Shown: positions 48,773 to 58,603 of the stretch, piece by piece
How the letters are laid out: the number at the start of each line of letters is the position of its first letter
Numbering within the stretch: position 1 is the stretch's first letter
Source of the DNA: an uncultured Gammaproteobacteria bacterium
GTDB taxonomy: Bacteria; Pseudomonadota; Gammaproteobacteria; JACCXJ01
DNA length: 64,000 nucleotides
Direction of reading: 5' to 3'
NCBI GenBank assembly: GCA_963764725.1
Contig: CAVXTM010000001.1
Span: forward strand, 32,001 to 96,000
The notes under the pieces: generated by a model
Seen by the model: the letters and a program-made list of their open reading frames with translations, nothing else
Databases searched by the model: none
Told to the model about the DNA's origin: nothing
Made by a program: the position numbers and the translations under genes

Positions 48773-48901
48773 ATGAAAGCCATATTGAATACGATCGCAA
48801 TATTAGCCATGACGCTAGTCTTAGCAGCGTGTCAAGACAACCCGGCACCGACGGGTATGGGGCCAGGGAGCGATAAACCCGAAAGTTCCCAAACTCAGTA
48901 A
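48773..48901 (+). CDS. 42-aa lipoprotein (below the ORF-track cutoff)
   Basis: GGAG RBS; MKAILNTIAILAMTLVLAACQDNPAPTGMGPGSDKPESSQTQ with lipobox LAAC. Confidence 0.7.
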   Translation: MKAILNTIAILAMTLVLAACQDNPAPTGMGPGSDKPESSQTQ

Positions 48902-49221
48902 ACGAGCGGCTTGTTCCCGATTCACGCTCAGCATAACTGGCCGCTCGGCGTGACCAGTAAGAGAGCGTTTGTAATGTCAGTGCGGTGCCAAGCGATAGCG
49001 GTTTGCGTTGTCTTGGCCCGATAGAAAATGCGACGCTCTCTTACACTTTCGCGGCTGTTCGCCCTTCTTGACCGCAATCGCGGACCAAGGACCAGCGCGG
49101 TCGAGGAGCAGGAACAGACGTGGACACGGGGTCTAGTGTTGACATACATATCAGTTTATTTTATGTAAAGACATGACCCCTTTGGTTCGCCGGGTTAGTT
49201 CCGGCAGACGAGGAGAAGGCG

Positions 49222-49792
49222 ATGTTTGAAGATGACCCCATCGGGCTCCCGCGAGGGGGCCCCTTTTCCCAGATCAAGGTGGGCTGTCGAAGAGTTCGCT
49301 TTCCTCGGGCTCGTGGCGTTGTCGGTCATCGGGGAGGTCGTCGGGAACTACTCACCCATCATCAGCTTCTGGTACTGGTTGACCATGATGCCGGTGTTCG
49401 CCGCGACCGCCATCGTCACGGAGTGGTCGCGCGCCCGCGCCGCGGGGCAAAGCGCCATGAAGGTGATCTGGATCCAGGTCGCGCACTGGGGGGGCACGGT
49501 CATCGCGCTGTTCGCCACCTATTCGCTCTGGCATGTGGGCCGGCTCGGCAACGAGCACACGGGCCTGATCGTGCTGCTCCTCCTCGCGCTTACCACCTTC
49601 CTCGACGGCTACCACGTGGGCTGGCGTTTCTACTTAGCCGGGCTGCTGCTCTTCATCTACACCATCGTCGCGGCGTTGCTCAAGGCCGTGATCTGGCTCA
49701 CGCTCCTCATCGCGATCCCGGTCGTCGTCTTCGGCCTCTACTGGGACAAGAACCATCCCCTGCCGACGCGAGCGGGGACGACTGGCAGTTAG
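49222..49792 (+). CDS. Multi-pass membrane hypothetical protein; the RBS-proximal ATG is out of frame by +1
   Basis: Hydrophobic ORF 49226-49792. Comparison with the duplicate at 41667 shows an extra base in GACCCCATC. Confidence 0.7.
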
Positions 49793-49875
49793 AGCTCCGG
49801 AGGTGTTGCGCCGGGTCTCGCCCGGGGATCGGCCGGATCTCAGTGTCGGGGAAGGTGAACTAGGGTGGGCTCCAG

Positions 49876-52557
49876 ATGAGCATTCGCAACCTGGAATTCG
49901 CCCTCAAGCCTCGGTCCGTGGCGCTCATCGGCGCAAGCAAGCGACCTGGGTCCGTCGGGGCGGTGCTCGCCCGGAACCTCTTCAAGGGGGGATTCGACGG
50001 GCCCATCATGCCCGTCAATCCCAAATACCAGGCCATCGAGGGGGTGCTCACCTACCCGACCATCGAGACCCTGCCGTTGGTGCCGGATCTTGCGGTCATC
50101 AGTACCCCGCCCGAGACCGTGCCCGGAATCGTCAAGGCGCTCGGAAGGAAGGGTACGCGGGCCGCCGTCGTCATCACCGCCGGTTTCGGAGAGGGTCGGG
50201 ACGGCGTCGGCCGGGCGCTGCAGCAAGCCTTGCTCGATGCCGCGAGACCCAATCTCTTGCGCATCATCGGCCCGAATTGCCTCGGTGTCCTGGTCCCCGG
50301 GATCGGGCTCAACGCGAGCTTCGCCCATCTCAACCCGGCGAAAGGCCCCATCGCCTTCGTCGCGCAGTCGGGGGCCATCGTCACCTCGGTGATGGACTGG
50401 GCCGAGCGGCGCGGCATCGGCTTCTCGCACCTCGTCTCCTTGGGGGACATGGCGGATGTGGATTTCGGGGATCTGCTCGACTACCTCGCGAGCGATCCCG
50501 AGACCCGCGCCATCCTGCTCTATATCGAGGCGGTGACCGAGGCCCGCAAATTCATGTCTGCGGCCCGGGCCGCGGCCCGGATGAAACCCACCATCGTCGT
50601 CAAGGCGGGTCGCCACGCCGAGGGCGCGCGCGCCGCTGCCTCGCACACGGGCGCGATGGCCGGGTCCGATGCGGTCTACGAAGCCGCGTTCCGCCGCGCC
50701 GGGATGCTGCGTGTCTACAGCCTCGATGAGCTCTTCGATGCGGTGGAGATCTTGGCGATGGCCCCGCAAGCGAAGGGGCCGCGCATGGCCATCTTGAGCA
50801 ACGGCGGCGGCCTCGCCGTTCTCGCGACCGACCACCTGATTGACGAGGGTGGGGTCCTGGCTGAGCTCGCACCCGAGACGATGGAGCGGCTGAACGCGAC
50901 GCTGCCACCCACCTGGTCCCATCACAACCCGGTGGACATCATCGGCGATGCCCCCGGTAGCCGCTATGCCCAGGCGCTCTCGGCCTTGATCGAGGACCCG
51001 GGCGTCGACGCCGTGCTGGCCCTCAATTGCCCCACCGCTGTGGCCTCCGGCACCGAGGCGGCCCAGGCGCTCATCGAGGCGTTCGGCAAGAGGCGCGAAC
51101 CGGCGCTCATCACGAGCTGGGTCGGGGATGGTGCGGCAGAGGCGGCACGGCGGATGTTTTGCACGCATGGGATCCCGAGCTACGCGACGCCCGGCCAAGC
51201 CGTGCGAGCCTTCATGTATTTGGTCAACTACCGGCGTTCGCAAGAGCTCTTGATGCAGACCCCGCCCTCGGTTCCAGAGGAATTCACGCCCGACACCGAA
51301 ACCGCCCGTGCGCTCATCGGGCGGGCAATTGGCGAAGGGCGCGCCTGGCTCACCGAGCCCGAGGCCAAGGCGCTCCTCGGCGCCTACGGGGTGCCTGCGG
51401 TCGCGACGCGGATCGCGCGGACGCCCTCCGATGCGGCCGCGATCGCCACGGAGATCGGGGCGCCCGTGGCACTCAAGATCCTCTCCCGCGACATCACCCA
51501 CAAGTCCGACCTCGGAGGTGTGGCCCTGGGGCTCCTCGGGCCCGGCGCCGTCGGGGACGCCGCCTCAGCGATGCTCGAGCGCATCCGCGCGGCGCGGCCC
51601 GAGGCCCGCATCGAGGGCTTCAGCGTGCAGCCCATGGTGCACCGTCCCGGCGCCTACGAGCTCATCGCCGGCATGATCGACGATGTGCAGTTCGGCCCCG
51701 TGATCCTCTTCGGCCAGGGAGGGACGGCGGTCGAGGTCATCGCCGACCAGGCCCTGGGGCTGCCCCCGCTCAACATGCGGCTCGCCGCCGAGATCATCTC
51801 ACGCACCCGCATCTACAAGCAGCTCAAAGGATTTCGGGGCGTCGAGCCGGTCGATCTCGAAGCCCTGGCCCTGACGCTCATCCGAATCTCGCAGATGGTG
51901 ATCGAGCACCCCGAGATCGCCGAGCTCGATGTCAACCCGCTCCTCGCCGATGCTGCGGGCGTCCTGGCCCTCGACGCAAGGATCAAATTGGCAGAGCCCC
52001 GGGGGGAGGGCGCCGATCGGCTCGCCATCCGGCCGTACCCCAAAGGGCTCGAGGAAGAGGTCGCGCTCGCGGGGGGCCAGAGGCTCCTGCTCCGGCCCAT
52101 ACGGCCGGAGGACGAGCCCGCCCTCCAGGCGATCTTCGCGCACCTCACCCCCGAGCAGGTCCGCATGCGGTTCTTCGTCTCCTTGAAGACCCTCTCGCAC
52201 GCAATGGCGGCCCGCATCACCCAGGTCGATTACGACCGGGAGATGGGGCTGGTCTTGAGTGCGCCCGGCGTCCCGGGCCGGGCGGAGATCTACGGTGTGG
52301 CCCAGGTGTGCGCTGACCCTGACAACGAACGCGCGGAGTTTGCGATCCTGGTGCGCGGCGACATGACCGGGAAGGGACTCGGTACCTTGCTGATGCGGCA
52401 CATGATCGCGTATTGCCGAGGCCGTGGGATCGGCGAGATCTATGGCGATGTGCTGTGTGAGAACCTGACGATGAGACGGCTCTGCAGGAAGCTCGGATTC
52501 ACGGAGACACCGCTCGCCGATGACCCGGGCATTGTCCGGGTCACGGTCAATCTCTGA
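49876..52557 (+). CDS. Protein lysine acetyltransferase Pat/Pka (NDP-forming acyl-CoA ligase-like + GNAT)
   Basis: IGPNCLG, QSGA, SHTGA, THKSD and C-terminal GNAT (GKGLG). Confidence 0.92.
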   Translation: MSIRNLEFALKPRSVALIGASKRPGSVGAVLARNLFKGGFDGPIMPVNPKYQAIEGVLTYPTIETLPLVPDLAVISTPPETVPGIVKALGRKGTRAAVVITAGFGEGRDGVGRALQQALLDAARPNLLRIIGPNCLGVLVPGIGLNASFAHLNPAKGPIAFVAQSGAIVTSVMDWAERRGIGFSHLVSLGDMADVDFGDLLDYLASDPETRAILLYIEAVTEARKFMSAARAAARMKPTIVVKAGRHAEGARAAASHTGAMAGSDAVYEAAFRRAGMLRVYSLDELFDAVEILAMAPQAKGPRMAILSNGGGLAVLATDHLIDEGGVLAELAPETMERLNATLPPTWSHHNPVDIIGDAPGSRYAQALSALIEDPGVDAVLALNCPTAVASGTEAAQALIEAFGKRREPALITSWVGDGAAEAARRMFCTHGIPSYATPGQAVRAFMYLVNYRRSQELLMQTPPSVPEEFTPDTETARALIGRAIGEGRAWLTEPEAKALLGAYGVPAVATRIARTPSDAAAIATEIGAPVALKILSRDITHKSDLGGVALGLLGPGAVGDAASAMLERIRAARPEARIEGFSVQPMVHRPGAYELIAGMIDDVQFGPVILFGQGGTAVEVIADQALGLPPLNMRLAAEIISRTRIYKQLKGFRGVEPVDLEALALTLIRISQMVIEHPEIAELDVNPLLADAAGVLALDARIKLAEPRGEGADRLAIRPYPKGLEEEVALAGGQRLLLRPIRPEDEPALQAIFAHLTPEQVRMRFFVSLKTLSHAMAARITQVDYDREMGLVLSAPGVPGRAEIYGVAQVCADPDNERAEFAILVRGDMTGKGLGTLLMRHMIAYCRGRGIGEIYGDVLCENLTMRRLCRKLGFTETPLADDPGIVRVTVNL

Positions 52558-52630
52558 GATTAGGCTGTGTCGAGATTTACGCTAGGACGGAGCGGATCGT
52601 GCGAGGTTTCGAGAACCGACGCGCAACCTT

Positions 52631-52644
52631 TTGATCTGGATCAA
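52631..52644. promoter_or_regulatory. Consensus FNR box
   Basis: TTGATCTGGATCAA, extended palindrome TTTTGATC-TG-GATCAAAA. Confidence 0.8.
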
Positions 52645-53268
52645 AACGGCCTGGCCATACTATGGCAAAGTTCAAAGGGACCGGCGAGGCTAAGTGAGAC
52701 GAGGATGGCGTATGTACGAGCAAACCGAATTTGACGAGATGTGGGGACGTTGCGCACCGATCAAGCGACCGGCGCGCAAGGAGCGCCAGCGGGTCGCAGC
52801 GGCCGCGATCGGGTGAGACGCCGCCGGCCAGTCGAGTGCAGCTATCGATTTCGAAACATCTTTGAGGAGCTACACGAATGAGGCGCTACCACTTTGCTCT
52901 CAACGGAAGTCTTGTCACCATAGACTTTGATCCCGTAAGCAGCGCGCGGCTGCGACTGAATAATGCGCCAACGAACAGCCGTTGCGAGCTGCCCCCGACC
53001 CCAGCGGCCGCAAAGAGCACCAGCGGGCCGAGCGGCCGCGATTGCGTAAAACGCCCGCCGGCTGCTATACGCCGGCTGATTTGGGGAGATGCCGACAGAC
53101 GGTTGATTCTGGTCCAAGAAAAAGTGCGATGCATTCGAGCCGACGACTAGCGTCGCATCGAGCTAACCTCCGGCACCGCGGGTAGCCGAGAGAAACCGGA
53201 CTGGAGGGAGCGGGATGCCTCCTCGTCCCGAGCCCTCCGCTAAACCCCGCTTCGAAGGGATGGGATCC

Positions 53269-53670
53269 TCACATCCCCCCGCCCATGCCTCCCTTCATGG
53301 GCATGCCGGTGCAATGGCTCTCCATCATCTTGCCCATGTGGCCCATCTCGGATTGGTCTAGCGTGCCGTCCTTGTTTGTGTCCATCTGCGCGAACGCGTC
53401 ATCGTGGTGTTTCGTGAACTCATCCTTGGAAACCTTGCCGTCCTTGTCGGTGTCCATCATGGCCCCCATGTTCTTGCCACAGCCTTCCATCCCTTCCATT
53501 TTGTCCTTACCGCCCATGCCTCCCATCTGGGCCAGGATCAGGGAGCCGCTCCCTGGATCTCCCCCGGCCAAGGGCTCGTCAGCGGCCGTGACGAAGGGGG
53601 ATGCGATGAGCGACAAGACGAGCGCAGCGCCTACCACCACCGTAGCATTGGTCCTTGTATAGGTCATCAT
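53269..53670 (-). CDS. Exported Met-rich EF-hand protein
   Basis: Signal peptide; DTDKDGKVSKDE and DTNKDGTLDQSE loops. Confidence 0.85.
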   Translation of the reverse strand: MMTYTRTNATVVVGAALVLSLIASPFVTAADEPLAGGDPGSGSLILAQMGGMGGKDKMEGMEGCGKNMGAMMDTDKDGKVSKDEFTKHHDDAFAQMDTNKDGTLDQSEMGHMGKMMESHCTGMPMKGGMGGGM

Positions 53671-53805
53671 ACCTCTCCTCAGCGGGCGCGGCAGAATCGC
53701 CGCCGCATCATTATAGTTAATCTGTCTGGATCCAGTAACTGGACTGTTGCCTGGCCGGCGGGGTCAAGGCGGTTTGTGTCTCGGGCTCATGAACCCGTCG
53801 TAGGG

Positions 53806-54561
53806 TTAAGAGGCATCCTCGGCCGAGCGCGGCACGCTCGTGGGCGTCAAACAGGGCTCGACGAAGGCGCGCAATCGATCGAGGTCGTGAATGTGTACGT
53901 TGCGCTGGTTGACGCTCAGGATCCCTTGCACTTGAAAGCTCGAGAGCTGTCGGCTTACGGTCTCGGCTGCGACCCCGAGGAAATTGGCGATGTCATGACG
54001 GCTCATGCTGAGGCTGAATTCGGTCCTCGACAGACCGCGCTCACCAAAGCGCATCGCAAGGCTCAAGAAAAAGGCCGCGAGCCGTTCCTCGGCACTGCGG
54101 TTGGCGAGCAGAAGGAGCGCCTGGTGTTCGGAGGCGATTTCCTTGCCGATGAACTTGAGCAACTGCTGCTGGAGGCGGGGTAGCTGCGCGCACAGCTCCT
54201 CGAGCCGGCCTAAGGGTAGCTCGCACACCGCGGTGGTCTCGAGGGCTACGGCGGCGCAGGTGTGGCGCTCACGCTCCAGCCCATCGAAACCCAGCACCTC
54301 GCCGAGCAGATAGAACGCGACCGTCTGTTCGGTCCCGTCGGCCGTCGAGGTAAAGGCCCGGAGAGAGCCGGCGCGCACGGCAAAAAGCCCTCGCATGGGA
54401 TCGCCTTGGCGGTAGAGATACTGGCCTCGCTGCAAGGGCAGGCCGCGTTTGACGATCCCATCAAGCCGCTCCATGTCCTCGCGGCCCAAGCCGCGCGGGA
54501 GGCATAAGGTGGCGACCCGGCAGTTTGCGCAAGCCAGCTTGAGCAGTTTGAGATTTACCAT
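53806..54561 (-). CDS. fnr: FNR/Anr oxygen-sensing regulator
   Basis: Cys ligands C-x2-C-x5-C plus VCELP; HTH IANFLGVAAETVSR. Confidence 0.92.
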   Translation of the reverse strand: MVNLKLLKLACANCRVATLCLPRGLGREDMERLDGIVKRGLPLQRGQYLYRQGDPMRGLFAVRAGSLRAFTSTADGTEQTVAFYLLGEVLGFDGLERERHTCAAVALETTAVCELPLGRLEELCAQLPRLQQQLLKFIGKEIASEHQALLLLANRSAEERLAAFFLSLAMRFGERGLSRTEFSLSMSRHDIANFLGVAAETVSRQLSSFQVQGILSVNQRNVHIHDLDRLRAFVEPCLTPTSVPRSAEDAS

Positions 54562-54606
54562 AAGATACCCTTGTCAGCGGAGAGCAGCCTATGAAATCGG
54601 AAAGGA

Positions 54607-54620
54607 TCGATCCATGTCAA
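54607..54620 (-). promoter_or_regulatory. FNR-like box at the fnr promoter (possible autoregulation)
   Basis: Minus strand TTGACATGGATCGA, about 45 bp upstream of the ATG. Confidence 0.5.
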
Positions 54621-54778
54621 TACTGCGCGGCGCGGGGCGCGCGTCCCACCAGCCAACCTGTCGACCCGCGGCTGACAACTCGAGTCGCGTCACGCGGCGG
54701 TTCGAGCGCTGCAGTCCCGTACTTATCCGATCTTCACAGATCAAGCCCGCATCGGCGCAAGGTCTCGCCTCCGTTTTT

Positions 54779-55660
54779 CTATTTCCCTCCGTCAGGCTTC
54801 TGTCTGCGGGGGCAGACCAGCGCCGAGCAAGCACAGTGCTGCAAGATCTGATGCGAGGTACTGCCCAATCGAAGGCCGGCGAAACCGCCTAGCCCGCGAG
54901 TGCCTACGGCGATGAGGCTCGCATCCCAAGTGGTCGCGTGCTCTAGGAGAGCCGCTGCGGCTTGACCCTCGAGCTCAACGGAATCGGCCGCAATACCGGC
55001 CTGCCGGGCCTGCTCGCAGAATTTCGCCAGGAGCTTCCCGGCCGACTCATAGTTCCCCACGAGAGGCTCTACTTGCGCTCCTTTCACCGAATTTCTGACG
55101 TGGGCAAATCGGATCGTACCGCCGAGCAGTGCGACGAGACCCAAGGACGCGATTCCCGCCCTCTCGCTCTCGATCGAGCCGTCCAGACCGCAGAGAGCTC
55201 GTTGAAATGGAGTATCAGGCACGGGGCCATAGCCCTTGCTTACCAACACCGTGGAAGCGGCGTGGAGGACAACTTTAGTGACGACGCTTCCCAATAACCA
55301 ACGCTCAACGCCGCTGACACCTCGACGACCAACCACGATTAGTTCGCAGCCACGTTTGGCCGCGATTTCCAGAATACTGCCGGCCGGTTCTCCCTCGAGA
55401 ACCAACTGCTCGATGGGGAAACCGGTTTCGTTCTGAATCCTGTTGAGCAGGGCCCGGGCATCGGCCTGCAACTCGGCCTCGCCCTGGGCACGGTGGATAC
55501 CGAGTTGAAATACTTGATGATAGGGGATCACACAGAGCCCCAGGAGACGCGACGACAGTCGTTTCGCTATCATCGCACCCAGTTTAGCGGCGTGGAGGCT
55601 CTCCTCGGAGCCGTCCACGCCACAGAGAATGGTTCGCCAGTCGAGCAGGACCTCACCCAT
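54779..55660 (-). CDS. Tandem-domain universal stress protein
   Basis: Two USP domains (GVDGSEES...LLGSV; GLDGS...LGSTS). Confidence 0.9.
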   Translation of the reverse strand: MGEVLLDWRTILCGVDGSEESLHAAKLGAMIAKRLSSRLLGLCVIPYHQVFQLGIHRAQGEAELQADARALLNRIQNETGFPIEQLVLEGEPAGSILEIAAKRGCELIVVGRRGVSGVERWLLGSVVTKVVLHAASTVLVSKGYGPVPDTPFQRALCGLDGSIESERAGIASLGLVALLGGTIRFAHVRNSVKGAQVEPLVGNYESAGKLLAKFCEQARQAGIAADSVELEGQAAAALLEHATTWDASLIAVGTRGLGGFAGLRLGSTSHQILQHCACSALVCPRRQKPDGGK

Positions 55661-55937
55661 CACGTCTACGGCTAGTTTCATCGCCAGAACGAAACACACA
55701 TTCCGCCATTACCCGCGCGAAGCTCATACGTCCCTCTGTTCCGTCATTCAATCGATTGCTCCCTGCGGCCAGGACCTTGCTGAGTGGAATCGTCAGATAG
55801 GACACATCCCTTGACAAGGGTACCTGCGCGCGAGTGCACATGCAATCGGATTGCGGAGTCGCGGCGCGTCGGACGCAACGGCGAATAGGTGAGACAAGAG
55901 CAACCCGAGTATAGAGGCCTTACGCAAGCTGAAGCCG

Positions 55938-58580
55938 CTATTTCCCCAAGGCCCCGGTGCGCACGAGCCATTTGGCGAACTCGAGCACCGGAGCCACCGA
56001 GAGCGCGATCACCGTGACGATCGCCCAATCCTCGGCACTGAGCCGGTAGGTACCGAGAGCGTGCTGCAGGAAGGGTACGTGGACGATCAGGTAGAGCAAC
56101 ATCAACTCCCAGACCACCGCGAGGTTGAGCCAGCGATTGGCGAAGGGCCTCCGGAAGACGGAACAGCGGTCGGAGCGGAAGTTGTAGGCCTTGACGAGCT
56201 CGATGAGCACCAGCGCGACGAAGCAGAGCGTCATCGCGTGCTCGGGGGCGCGTCCGGATGTGAGGGCCCAGCCGAAGAGCCCGAAATTGACCAGCATCGA
56301 CCACAGGCCGCCGGCCAGCATCAGAAACACGACGGGCCGGGTGAAGATACCTTTCGTCGGGTCCCTCGGCGGGCGGCGCATCGCGTCGGCCTCGGCGGGA
56401 TCTACCGCGAGTGCAAGCGCCGGCAGGCCGTCGGTTGCGAGGTTGACATAGAGGATCTGGACCGCGCTCAGGGGCAAGGGCATGCCCGCAAGCGTGGCGC
56501 CCGCCATGAGCCCGATCTCGCCGATGTTCGACGACAAGAGGTACATGAGGTACTTCTTGATGTTGCCGAAGATGGCGCGGCCTTCCTCCACGGCCGCGAC
56601 GATGGAGGCGAAGTTGTCATCGGTCAGGATCACGTCCGCGGCTTCGCGGCTCACCTCGGTCCCTGTGATCCCCATGGCGATGCCGACATCGGCCTGCTTC
56701 AATGCGGGTGCGTCGTTGACGCCATCGCCGGTCATGGCGACGATGTGGCCGTTCTGCTGCCAGGCGCTCACCACCCGCAGCTTGTGCTCGGGGGAGACCC
56801 GAGCGTAGACCGCGATTTTCTGTACCTCGCGCGCGAGGTCGAGTGCCGACATCGCTTCGAGCTCGGCGCCGGTCACCACACGCCCCGATCCAAGTAGACC
56901 GATCTCCTCGGCGACCGCGGCAGCGGTCTGCGGGTGATCGCCCGTGATCATGACCGGCAGGATCCCCGCCGCCTTGCAGGTCTCGATGGCCTGTGCGGCC
57001 TCGGCCCTGGGCGGATCGATGAGGCCGATGAGACCCAAGAAGACCATCTCGCATTCGGCATCCCCGATGTCGGCATTCGGCTTCTGGGCCACCGCAAGCA
57101 CCCGTAACGCCCTGGCGGCCATCGCCTGCGCGGCCTCGCGGACGGCATGGCGGTGGGCCTCATCCAAGGCCATCGTGCCGTACGCGGCGCGCCCTCGGGT
57201 GCAGGCTGCGAGGATCACCTCGGGTGCGCCTTTGGAGCACGCGATAACGCCGCTTTGTCCTCGATGGAGCGTGGTCATGCGTTTGCGCTCGGAGCTGAAG
57301 GGGACCTCGCGCACGCGCGGCCAGTAGGTCTCGAGCGCCCGTGCATCGAGGCCGGCCTTGGCGGCCGCCACCATCAGCGCCGCCTCGGTGGGATCGCCCT
57401 TGACCTTGACGCCGCCGTCCACCTCGACCAGCCTTGCGTCCGAGCATAGCGCCGCGGCGCGCAGGCACTCCATCGCCGGGAGCGCGGGTCGCATCGACGC
57501 GCCGTCGACGGTGAACCGGCCTTCGGGTGTGTACCCGCCCCCGGTGATCACGATCTCCTGTCCATTCACCCAGAGCCTGCGCGCCGTCATCTCATCCCGG
57601 GTCAAGGTGCCGGTCTTATCCGAGAGGATCACCGTGATGGCACCTAGGGTCTCGACCGCCGGGAGATGGCGGACCAGGGCGTTGCGCTTGGCCATGCGCT
57701 GGACGCCGAGGGCGAGGGAGATCGTGACGACGGCGGGTAAGGCCTCGGGCACCACGGCGACGGCGAGGGCGATGCCGAACATGAACATCTCCATGAGGCT
57801 CGCGCCGCGCATGAGGCCGAGCACGACGATGAGCGACACTACGGCGAGCGCCGCTGCGGCCAGGCCGCGGCCCACGCGGTCCAGGTTTTCTTGCAGAGGG
57901 GTCTTGGAGGCCTTAACGCCTGTGACCAGGCGGGTGATCTTACCCAGCTCGGTCTGCATGCCGGTGGCGACGATGATCGCCTTGCCCCTGCCATAGGTGA
58001 CGGCCGTGCCCGCATAGACCATGTTGTGGCGCTCGGCGAGCGGGAGCGTATCCTCCGCCAATGTCTCCTGAACCTTTTCGACCGGCGCGGACTCGCCGGT
58101 CAAGGCCGACTCGTTGAGCCTCAGATTGACCGCCTCGACCAGCCTTCCGTCGGCGGGCACCTTATCGCCGGCCCTGAGCAGAACCAGGTCTCCGGGCACG
58201 AGGTCCTGCGCCGGGACTTCGGTCTCCGTGCCGCCACGGAGCACACGCGCCATTGGCGCTGCCATTTGCCTGAGGGCTGCGAGGGCGCGCTCTGCGCGAT
58301 ACTCCTGGACGAACCCGAGCAGGATCGCGAAGCCGACGATCACCCCGATGGCGATGGCTTCGACCACCTCTCCTAGATACGCAGAGAGGGCGATCGCGAT
58401 GAGCAGGATCAGGATGAGGACGTTCTGGAACTGGGCCCGCAACACCGACCAGGGCGAAACCGGATGTGCCTCCCCGAGCTGGTTGGGACCGAACGCGAGG
58501 AGCCGCCGGTGCGCCTCGGCGGCGTCGAGCCCCGCGGGCGCCGCCGACAGGCGCTCGCAAAGCTCCGAAAGCGCGAGCAT
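55938..58580 (-). CDS. P-type ATPase, type IIA (Ca2+-type)
   Basis: TGES, VPEAL, DKTGTLT, KGAPE, TGDGVND and NLATDGLPA motifs. Confidence 0.95.
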   Translation of the reverse strand: MLALSELCERLSAAPAGLDAAEAHRRLLAFGPNQLGEAHPVSPWSVLRAQFQNVLILILLIAIALSAYLGEVVEAIAIGVIVGFAILLGFVQEYRAERALAALRQMAAPMARVLRGGTETEVPAQDLVPGDLVLLRAGDKVPADGRLVEAVNLRLNESALTGESAPVEKVQETLAEDTLPLAERHNMVYAGTAVTYGRGKAIIVATGMQTELGKITRLVTGVKASKTPLQENLDRVGRGLAAAALAVVSLIVVLGLMRGASLMEMFMFGIALAVAVVPEALPAVVTISLALGVQRMAKRNALVRHLPAVETLGAITVILSDKTGTLTRDEMTARRLWVNGQEIVITGGGYTPEGRFTVDGASMRPALPAMECLRAAALCSDARLVEVDGGVKVKGDPTEAALMVAAAKAGLDARALETYWPRVREVPFSSERKRMTTLHRGQSGVIACSKGAPEVILAACTRGRAAYGTMALDEAHRHAVREAAQAMAARALRVLAVAQKPNADIGDAECEMVFLGLIGLIDPPRAEAAQAIETCKAAGILPVMITGDHPQTAAAVAEEIGLLGSGRVVTGAELEAMSALDLAREVQKIAVYARVSPEHKLRVVSAWQQNGHIVAMTGDGVNDAPALKQADVGIAMGITGTEVSREAADVILTDDNFASIVAAVEEGRAIFGNIKKYLMYLLSSNIGEIGLMAGATLAGMPLPLSAVQILYVNLATDGLPALALAVDPAEADAMRRPPRDPTKGIFTRPVVFLMLAGGLWSMLVNFGLFGWALTSGRAPEHAMTLCFVALVLIELVKAYNFRSDRCSVFRRPFANRWLNLAVVWELMLLYLIVHVPFLQHALGTYRLSAEDWAIVTVIALSVAPVLEFAKWLVRTGALGK

Positions 58581-58603
58581 GTGCCAGGACGACGCAGGGG
58601 CCG

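Noticed and set aside
49803-52316. Long alternative-frame and antisense ORFs over pat (also over IS630, ptsP and the P-type ATPase)
   Set aside because: These are shadow ORFs expected in high-GC coding DNA, with no recognisable motifs.
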